Positions 11,306 through 16,377 of a stretch of 16,377 bases of DNA are shown piece by piece. This DNA comes from a virus (taxonomy: Duplodnaviria; Heunggongvirae; Uroviricota; Caudoviricetes). The first letter of the stretch is position 1. Each line of letters begins with the position of its first letter. The DNA is taken from IMG/VR virus record IMGVR_UViG_2711768101_000011; one strand, written 5' to 3'. The notes under the pieces were generated by a model. It searched no databases. It saw nothing but the letters and a program-made list of their open reading frames with translations, and was not told the DNA's origin. Both the position numbers and the translations under genes were made by a program.

Positions 11306-11480
11306 AGCCTGCTTCTCCTTGCCTTTCGGCACGTAAGAGGCTAACCTACATGTGTCTAGCATGAAATTGGCCTCAGATTAATGTTAAGCGTCTTGCAGGA
11401 CGCGTAATGTTAACTGGGGCTTTTCTCTATCTGCCGTTGATGTTCATGCCCGAGGCAGATAGCCTCAAGCACCCGCAGCC
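11306..11480 (-). promoter_or_regulatory. hok mRNA leader region with structured elements (possible antisense/sok-equivalent region)
   Basis: Perfect 9-bp inverted repeat CTATCTGCC (11427-11435) / GGCAGATAG (11454-11462); hok loci are known to be controlled through leader structure and an antisense RNA; no sok promoter was positively identified. Confidence 0.3.
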
Positions 11481-11802
11481 ATTCTACTTAACTACCGTTA
11501 CCTCTCCAATATGAAATCAATCAGAAAGGTGATCCATAAGAACAATAACAAGACAATAAATTGCCATTACAGCCACAATAGCCAGCGTGCATTTGAGAAC
11601 CAGCACATAAATCTCCTGCTCTTGACGTATACAGGCACTGATAAATATGTGTCTTCGTGCTCGTTACTTCAATACGTAAGCGTCAGTTGCGCGTAATCAA
11701 ATCAGACAACCGACTTTAAACCAGGGACAAACAGCAGGTAAAATAATCAAACGTTATTTTAAGCCATATCATGGCTGCAAGATTTCCTCTAATTTCAACA
11801 AG

Positions 11803-11839
11803 ATGAGCAGGTCATTGCTTGCACTGATGACCTGCTCAT
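11803..11839. repeat. Perfect 13-bp inverted repeat (hairpin or protein-binding palindrome)
   Basis: ATGAGCAGGTCAT - 11 nt - ATGACCTGCTCAT, seen directly; about 80 nt downstream of the QueH-like gene stop. Confidence 0.6.
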
Positions 11840-11917
11840 TAATCATGATTATTTGAAAATTAAGGTAGGCGTACTATATATAGAAACACTGCTACGCTCC
11901 GTTGGCATAATATAAAA

Positions 11918-12601
11918 TCATTCCTGGCCTTCTTTACCGTAGTGGAGTTGACCAATTTTGATTAGAGGGCGTCCCTGAGATTTGCGGTGTAGATTGGTAT
12001 CGCGCAGTGAATACACGCAGCCACAATATTCCTGCTGATAGAATTGTTCGCGCTTGCTGATTTCAATCATGCGGGAAGAGCCGCCCTGCTTTCGCCAGTT
12101 ATAATCCCAGTACACCATGCCCGGATAATACGCGACGGCTCGCCGTCCACAGTCGTTAACCTGCTGCATATTTTTCCAGCGTGAAATGCCCAGTGAGCTA
12201 CTGATCACACTGAAACCATTTTCAGCGGCATACAGCGCAGTCCGCTCAAAACGCATGTCAAAACACATGGTACAACGGATCCCTCGTTCAGGCTCCCATT
12301 CCATTCCTTTGGCTCGCTCAAACCAGTTGTCTGTGTCGTAATCAGCATCAATAAATGGCACGCCGTGTTGTTTAGCAAAGCGAATATTCTCATCCTTACG
12401 AATTAAATACTCTTTCTGAGGATGAATGTTCGGGTTGTAGAAAAAGATGGTGTAGTCGATTCCCGAGGCCTGAAGCGCCTCCATCACTTCACCGGAACAT
12501 GGAGCACAGCAAGAGTGCAGTAATAGTTTTTTTGCCCCGTTTGGGAGCTCCAATTTGGGGCGTTTGAAATCAGCAACAGTCATAAATGTGTTTATGAGGT
12601 T
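11918..12601 (-). CDS. DUF208 / QueH-like Fe-S protein (epoxyqueuosine-reductase-like)
   Basis: [13 protein letters not shown] motif near the N-terminus plus CTMC and YCGC Cys motifs, consistent with the DUF208 (QueH) family as I remember it; start uncertain (12601 or 12580), no clear Shine-Dalgarno. Confidence 0.6.
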   Translation of the reverse strand, partial: NLINTFMTVADFKRPKLELPNGAKKLLLHSCCAPCSGEVMEALQASGIDYTIFFYNPNIHPQKEYLIRKDENIRFAKQHGVPFIDADYDTDNWFERAKGMEWEPERGIRCTMCFDMRFERTALYAAENGFSVISSSLGISRWKNMQQVNDCGRRAVAYYPGMVYWDYNWRKQGGSSRMIEISKREQFYQQEYCGCVYSLRDTNLHRKSQGRPLIKIGQLHYGKEGQE

Positions 12602-12636
12602 CATGAAAATAGCAAAAAGTGTAGCATCAGAACGGG

Positions 12637-12870
12637 CTATCGGAAACAGATGTCTAAATCTGGTAATGTCTGCTTTTGATGCAAAGCAGACAACCACGGC
12701 AGCGCACGAAAATCAGCGATAATGTCGGGATTAATAATCGGGTGACGTCCATCACATAGCGAATGTTCCTCTTTCCTGATATCGCTAAATATCGACCATT
12801 CGTCATTCTTATCGAACCAGAGCATGCGACTGCCACAGCACATGTCGAGAATGGTAGCCGATGTACTCAC
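12637..12870 (-). CDS. Hypothetical small Cys-rich protein (77 aa)
   Basis: GTG start overlapping the upstream stop (GTGA) with GGGAGG Shine-Dalgarno inside the upstream gene; motif [14 protein letters not shown] loosely resembles a SAM-binding motif I but the protein is too short for a methyltransferase. Confidence 0.4.
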   Translation of the reverse strand: MSTSATILDMCCGSRMLWFDKNDEWSIFSDIRKEEHSLCDGRHPIINPDIIADFRALPWLSALHQKQTLPDLDICFR

Positions 12871-13289
12871 AGCATCACCTCCCGATAATTCCCCTGATAA
12901 AACGTCAGAACACGCTGCATAACTTCGCTCTTCCGGCACTCGCGACAGATTATGTTTAGACGACTGTCGTAGCGACGTATTTCTCCATCAGGTAATGACC
13001 AGATAAGGTCCGGATCAACCACAGCAGGTTTCTTCACCTTTGCCCTCGAGAGTTTTTTGCGGGCGTTTTGCCAGTCCTTACGCGCCTGTTCAGACGGGAA
13101 TAACCCGTAGCCGGAGTTGTATACATCGCCACTGGCTACCAGCTCTCTGGCAAGAACGCTCATCAGATATCTAGTCGCACCTGTTTTAGCTTCCAGTTGC
13201 CGTAACGTCTCACGACCGCTCTGGCGCACGAGTTCCACCACTTGCCCTTTAATTTTTTCCCGCTCTTCTTGTGTAAAAACTTTTGCCAC
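12867..13289 (-). CDS. Hypothetical phage early protein (140 aa)
   Basis: GTG start with strong AAGGGGGAG Shine-Dalgarno; Lys/Arg-rich; no family recognised. Confidence 0.5.
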   Translation of the reverse strand: MAKVFTQEEREKIKGQVVELVRQSGRETLRQLEAKTGATRYLMSVLARELVASGDVYNSGYGLFPSEQARKDWQNARKKLSRAKVKKPAVVDPDLIWSLPDGEIRRYDSRLNIICRECRKSEVMQRVLTFYQGNYREVML

Positions 13290-13329
13290 AACTCCCCCTT
13301 AAAATTACCTCATGACCTGAAATCAACAC

Positions 13330-14295
13330 TTATCCTCTGAAACCAGGCGGAATTTCTGTATCCGGTTCAGAAATATGATTAACACAACGCTGTACAGGTG
13401 AACGTCCCAGGCGGATGACCAGTTCGTCCCATTTTTCGCGGAGCTTTGACGGGCTCATGATGTTTTTTACCCAGAATGGATCTCGCTGAACCCGACCAAA
13501 CATTTCGCAAATTTGTCTGTGGCTTCTGCCATCCAGCATCCGCATTGTGCGCACGTCATTGGCCCAGGCAGTCCAGTTAGGCTCTTTTGGTCGCATGATC
13601 TCGCCATCATCACTGGCTGCCTGTTCGTAGAGACCCACGATCCGCCCCCAGATCCACTGCGCACACGCCAAATCCTCCCTGCTACCCCACTGGCGTTTTT
13701 TCGCACTAAACACAACCGCGTCGGAGTTCCGGGTTAAAAAATCCTGTTCAGTCGTCTGCGGGTCCGGTTGCGAAGCTTCCGGACGAAAAGTGTTTTTATT
13801 CTCTGTAGTAATCTCTGTTGTATTCTCTGTAAGATCATCAGGCCATTTTGACCCGATGACATTGGATCGTTTTGAACCAATGGAGCGTTTCATTTTGACC
13901 TCTTCCATCGTGTCATTTTGACCTGATGGAGCGGCGCATTTTGAACCGATGGATTCGTTCAATTTGCCACCATCTAAAAGCTCGCTCCCATAGTTGATCG
14001 TGTAGAAATTGGTCATATCGCGCTTTGATTTATTGAGCTTTTCACAACGCAAAAGCCCCAGCGTTTTCAGACTTGCAAACGCGCGCTTTAACGTTGACTC
14101 TGACCAGAATGGGAACTGTTCCAGCCATTGTTCCGTTGTGTTATAAATCCAGCGAACACCATCACATTCCATACCGGAGTTGGTATCTCTCAACCAGTAG
14201 TGCAGTTGTTGCAAAACAATGGCTTCGTTTAAGCCGATTTTCATTGCCAGCTGCGTGTTTATAACCAGTGGGCGTTCAGCAAAAAGAAGACTCAT
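13330..14295 (-). CDS. Phage replication initiation protein (replisome organizer, O-like / YdaU-like) with internal origin iterons
   Basis: N-terminus MSLLFAERPLVINTQLAMKIGLNEAIVLQQLHYWL... is replisome-organiser-like; direct DNA repeats inside the gene correspond to SIGSK peptide repeats; start set to ATG at 14295. Confidence 0.65.
   Translation of the reverse strand: MSLLFAERPLVINTQLAMKIGLNEAIVLQQLHYWLRDTNSGMECDGVRWIYNTTEQWLEQFPFWSESTLKRAFASLKTLGLLRCEKLNKSKRDMTNFYTINYGSELLDGGKLNESIGSKCAAPSGQNDTMEEVKMKRSIGSKRSNVIGSKWPDDLTENTTEITTENKNTFRPEASQPDPQTTEQDFLTRNSDAVVFSAKKRQWGSREDLACAQWIWGRIVGLYEQAASDDGEIMRPKEPNWTAWANDVRTMRMLDGRSHRQICEMFGRVQRDPFWVKNIMSPSKLREKWDELVIRLGRSPVQRCVNHISEPDTEIPPGFRG
13798..13975. 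repeat. Putative origin of replication iterons inside the O-like gene
   Basis: Five to six CATTTTGACC-like repeats at about 23-bp spacing (13844, 13869, 13891, 13914, 13937, 13960), preceded by three copies of TCTCTGT at 11-12-bp spacing (about 13798-13830). Confidence 0.6.
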
Positions 14296-14797
14296 AATTC
14301 CATCCAGCTTTTTGTTGGTATTGCTGTCGATACGCAAGCTTGAAAGCAATTGCTTTTTCTATAAGTTCGTCAGTTTCACGATCTACAACGGCAGGATCTG
14401 CAAAAAGCAGTCCGGATTCCACCACATCGCCATATTCTTTATTTAACCCGGCGATCATGTACGTAATACTTTTTCCATCACTGATCTCACGATACAACCT
14501 GAAATCACTAATCCGGATAGCCTCCATAATTGCAGGCACTAGCGCTGTGAACTTTTCACGCTTATCCCTGGTGTCGATAGCCTTCCAGCGTTCGAATATC
14601 TTCACTCGATTAACGCTAAGCGCTCGCTGATCAACCGCGCCACCTTCATATGTGACACGCTGAACATCGATGTTCGGGCGCTCTTTCAAAGCCCAGAATG
14701 CTTCAGTGATTAATATCGTCGCCTGCTCCTGTGTCATTCCTGGTCGACATATCCAGGCATCCAGAGCCTCACGAGCCTGTTCAGGAGTGATTTTCAT
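14276..14797 (-). CDS. Hypothetical early protein (173 aa) in the cII/YdaT position
   Basis: ATG at 14797 lies 17 nt inside the 3' end of dicC; its stop lies 20 nt inside the start of the O-like gene; no confident family call. Confidence 0.45.
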   Translation of the reverse strand: MKITPEQAREALDAWICRPGMTQEQATILITEAFWALKERPNIDVQRVTYEGGAVDQRALSVNRVKIFERWKAIDTRDKREKFTALVPAIMEAIRISDFRLYREISDGKSITYMIAGLNKEYGDVVESGLLFADPAVVDRETDELIEKAIAFKLAYRQQYQQKAGWNYESSFC

Positions 14798-15008
14798 TGT
14801 TCAACCGCCCCGCCCGCTTCGTCTTACGATATTCGTCATAAACTTTGGGATCATACTGAAGCTCCCCGCCAGATGCCTCCTGTAGACGCATCGCGCGACC
14901 TTCAGGAACCAGTATCCCCCAAGCAGCAACACTTGCCAGTCTCACTCCTGCGGCATTGGCAAGCTTTGTTTTGCTGCCAAAAAAAGTAATTGCGTCAACT
15001 TTAAGCAT
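14781..15008 (-). CDS. dicC: Cro-like regulator DicC
   Basis: MLKVDAITFFGSKTKLANAAGVRLAS...EGRAMRLQEASGGELQYDPKVYDEYRKTKRAGRLNNENHS is near-identical to DicC over its C-terminal half from memory; GAGGGGG Shine-Dalgarno; divergent from dicA. Confidence 0.8.
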   Translation of the reverse strand: MLKVDAITFFGSKTKLANAAGVRLASVAAWGILVPEGRAMRLQEASGGELQYDPKVYDEYRKTKRAGRLNNENHS

Positions 15009-15020
15009 CAAAGCCCCCTC

Positions 15021-15040
15021 TTGTTAGACTTTTCTAACAT
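15021..15040. promoter_or_regulatory. Operator-like palindrome in the dicC-dicA intergenic region
   Basis: TGTTAGA-CTTT-TCTAACA perfect 7-bp inverted repeat between the divergent repressor and cro-like genes. Confidence 0.45.
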
Positions 15041-15088
15041 TATTGTGCGCGGGATACCTAAGTCAAGAAAAATTAGAATTACCTAACT

Positions 15089-15496
15089 ATGGATACAAGA
15101 ACCCTAGGCCAGCGAGTTCTGGCGCGACGAAAAGAATTACGCTTAACACAACGAGAAGCTGCGCGCCTCGCTGGAGTTGCTCACGTCACAATTTCACAAT
15201 GGGAAAGAGACGAAACCCAGCCAGTCGGAAAACGATTGTTTGCTTTAGCGGATGCTCTGAAGTGCTCACCTACATGGCTAATGTTTGGTGACGAAGACAA
15301 GGCACCAGTGCCTGCACAAGAACTTCATGTGGAAACAGAGCTAACTCCCAACCACAAAGAATTGATCGAATTATTCGATGCTCTTCCATCTTCCGAGCAG
15401 GAAGCCTTGCTGTCTGAAATGCGCGCAAGAGTAGAAAACTTCAACAAACTCTTCGAAGAAATGCTTAAAGCGCGTAAAAATAAATCAATAAAATAA
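15089..15496 (+). CDS. dicA: Prophage repressor DicA (XRE-family HTH)
   Basis: 135 aa; HTH region LTQREAARLAGVAHVTISQWE and C-terminal MRARVENFNKLFEEMLKARKN closely resemble DicA from memory. Confidence 0.85.
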   Translation: MDTRTLGQRVLARRKELRLTQREAARLAGVAHVTISQWERDETQPVGKRLFALADALKCSPTWLMFGDEDKAPVPAQELHVETELTPNHKELIELFDALPSSEQEALLSEMRARVENFNKLFEEMLKARKNKSIK

Positions 15497-15531
15497 CATT
15501 CTTTTCAAGTGATTAGTTGCGCCCACTCTTT

Positions 15532-15551
15532 TTGTTAGATCAATCTAACAA
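15532..15551. promoter_or_regulatory. Second operator-like palindrome downstream of dicA, upstream of the ydfA-like gene
   Basis: TTGTTAGA-TCAA-TCTAACAA perfect 8-bp inverted repeat, same half-site as at 15021-15040; a degenerate third copy TGTTAGG-TTAT-TCTAAAT at 15570-15587. Confidence 0.45.
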
Positions 15552-15664
15552 AAAACACTTGCCTCTCATGTTAGGTTATTCTAAATTACTTTCCATCAAG
15601 ACACCGCACGGTGTTCTCAGCAAACAGTTCCGCGACCCCGGCGTTAAGGGGAAATGAGGTCAGC

Positions 15665-15817
15665 ATGGATACTATCGATCTTGGCAACAGCGAATCTCTG
15701 GTATGTGGCGTGTTCCCCAACCAGGACGGTACGTTCACCGCGATGACATATACCAAAAGCAAAACGTTTAAAACCGAATCTGGCGCGCGTTGCTGGTTAG
15801 CCAGAAACACTGACTGA
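15665..15817 (+). CDS. ydfA: YdfA-like small protein (DUF1391, about 50 aa)
   Basis: MDTIDLGNSESLVCGVFPNQDGTFTAMTYTKSKTFKTESGARCWLARNTD; GAGG Shine-Dalgarno before the internal ATG of the ORF-track ORF. Confidence 0.6.
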   Translation: MDTIDLGNSESLVCGVFPNQDGTFTAMTYTKSKTFKTESGARCWLARNTD

Positions 15818-16194
15818 TGAGGCTGACGATGGAATTTAAAGATTTACCGTCTGATGTACAGAAAACAGCAGCTCATACATTGCATTCTGTGCTGCGAGAA
15901 ATCGGGAAAGATATTGCAAGCGAGCCAGCAAAAGATCTGGCCCGGAAAATCAAGACCGCTTTCGTTGAGCTTTATAATGTTGGCACTGACTCTGAAACTG
16001 TCGAGACCAAGACCGTAAGTTCACCAATATTCTCACTTGAGCCAGGCGTATTATCAGGTGAAATATGCACCGAGATTTCCAGCGAACTGCTTCCGGTAAT
16101 ACGAGAAGCAATTTGCCGTCGCGGTTTGGATGGAAGTTACGATCATGACGTCCTGCAAGTTCTCAGGACAATGGTGACTTCACTGGGGATTTGA
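15817..16194 (+). CDS. Hypothetical protein in the ydfB/ydfC position (125 aa)
   Basis: ATG overlaps the ydfA-like stop (TGATG); an alternative start at 15829 is possible; no family recognised. Confidence 0.4.
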   Translation: MRLTMEFKDLPSDVQKTAAHTLHSVLREIGKDIASEPAKDLARKIKTAFVELYNVGTDSETVETKTVSSPIFSLEPGVLSGEICTEISSELLPVIREAICRRGLDGSYDHDVLQVLRTMVTSLGI

Positions 16195-16377
16195 TCCCTG
16201 CGTCCTCTAACCTTTTGATATAGCGGTCCTCCAAGAAGCGGTAAATTTTGTCGAAATCATCTTTCCCCTCTGGTTTATTCAGAGGATTACAGGACCCGTA
16301 AGTAGCGGCATACATTTCAACCGTTTTATCAAAAATATAAGAGACAAATTCTTCTTTATGGATTTGCCCCTATATTT
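16162..16377 (-). CDS. Partial ORF running off the right edge of the window (C-terminal 71 codons)
   Basis: Hand translation of the minus strand is open from the window edge to TGA at 16162-16164 (...DDFDKIYRFLEDRYIKRLEDAGIKSPVKSPLS); overlaps the 3' end of the plus-strand ORF, so one of the two may be spurious. Confidence 0.25.

Noticed and set aside
11306-11917. relE/relB toxin-antitoxin genes expected next to hokD by analogy with K-12 Qin
   Set aside because: No ORF of suitable size on either strand in this interval; only a 61-codon plus-strand ORF (11511-11696) with no start context.
11918-12870. Possibility that the 77-aa ORF and the QueH-like ORF are one frameshifted gene
   Set aside because: The QueH-like protein already has its conserved HSCCAPCS motif at the usual distance from a Met, so a 70-aa N-terminal extension is not needed; kept as two genes but not strictly excluded.
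12654-12939. ORF-track ORFs 12637-12939 (100 aa as drawn) and 12654-12836
   Set aside because: The 100-aa ORF as drawn overlaps the upstream gene by 73 nt; trimming to the GTG at 12870 gives a coupled 77-aa gene instead. 12654-12836 is an alternative frame of the same DNA with no start signal.
13798-13975. Regularly spaced direct repeats as a possible CRISPR array
   Set aside because: Repeats are only about 10-16 bp with about 23-bp period, degenerate, lie inside a protein-coding gene and encode peptide repeats; this is an iteron-type origin, not repeat-spacer architecture.
16195-16377. DicF small RNA expected downstream of the ydfABC-like genes
   Set aside because: I could not find a segment resembling DicF as I remember it; the window probably ends before it or this prophage lacks it.

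Overview
This window reads as a segment of a lambdoid, Qin/Rac-like (probably defective) prophage from an Enterobacteriaceae genome, most likely Escherichia. All family assignments below come from reading the six-frame translations against remembered protein families; no database search was run. Almost all genes are on the minus strand, in phage order from right to left: immunity switch (dicA repressor, divergent cro-like dicC, with repeated operator palindromes), a replication initiator carrying internal origin iterons, a nin-like region of small coupled genes ending in a DUF208/QueH-like Fe-S protein, a hok type I toxin, rem, ydfU (DUF968), and a QuuD-type Q antiterminator followed by a tR'-like terminator. 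Downstream of Q is a cargo island (lipocalin Blc-like on the plus strand, DUF523-DUF1722 TudS/YbgA-like protein, and an AppY/EnvY-like AraC regulator split by an IS5-family element flanked by a 4-bp CTAT direct repeat). Then come the lysis cassette (holin, DUF1327, lysozyme, Rz/Rz1) and a cold-shock cluster (cspI-like, ynfN-like, gnsB-like, ydfO-like). No virion structural genes, tRNA genes or CRISPR arrays were seen. The best candidate for an undescribed system is the three-gene operon at 11918-13289 (140-aa protein, 77-aa Cys-rich protein, QueH-like protein), whose role in a prophage early region is unknown; this is a hypothesis, not a demonstrated system.
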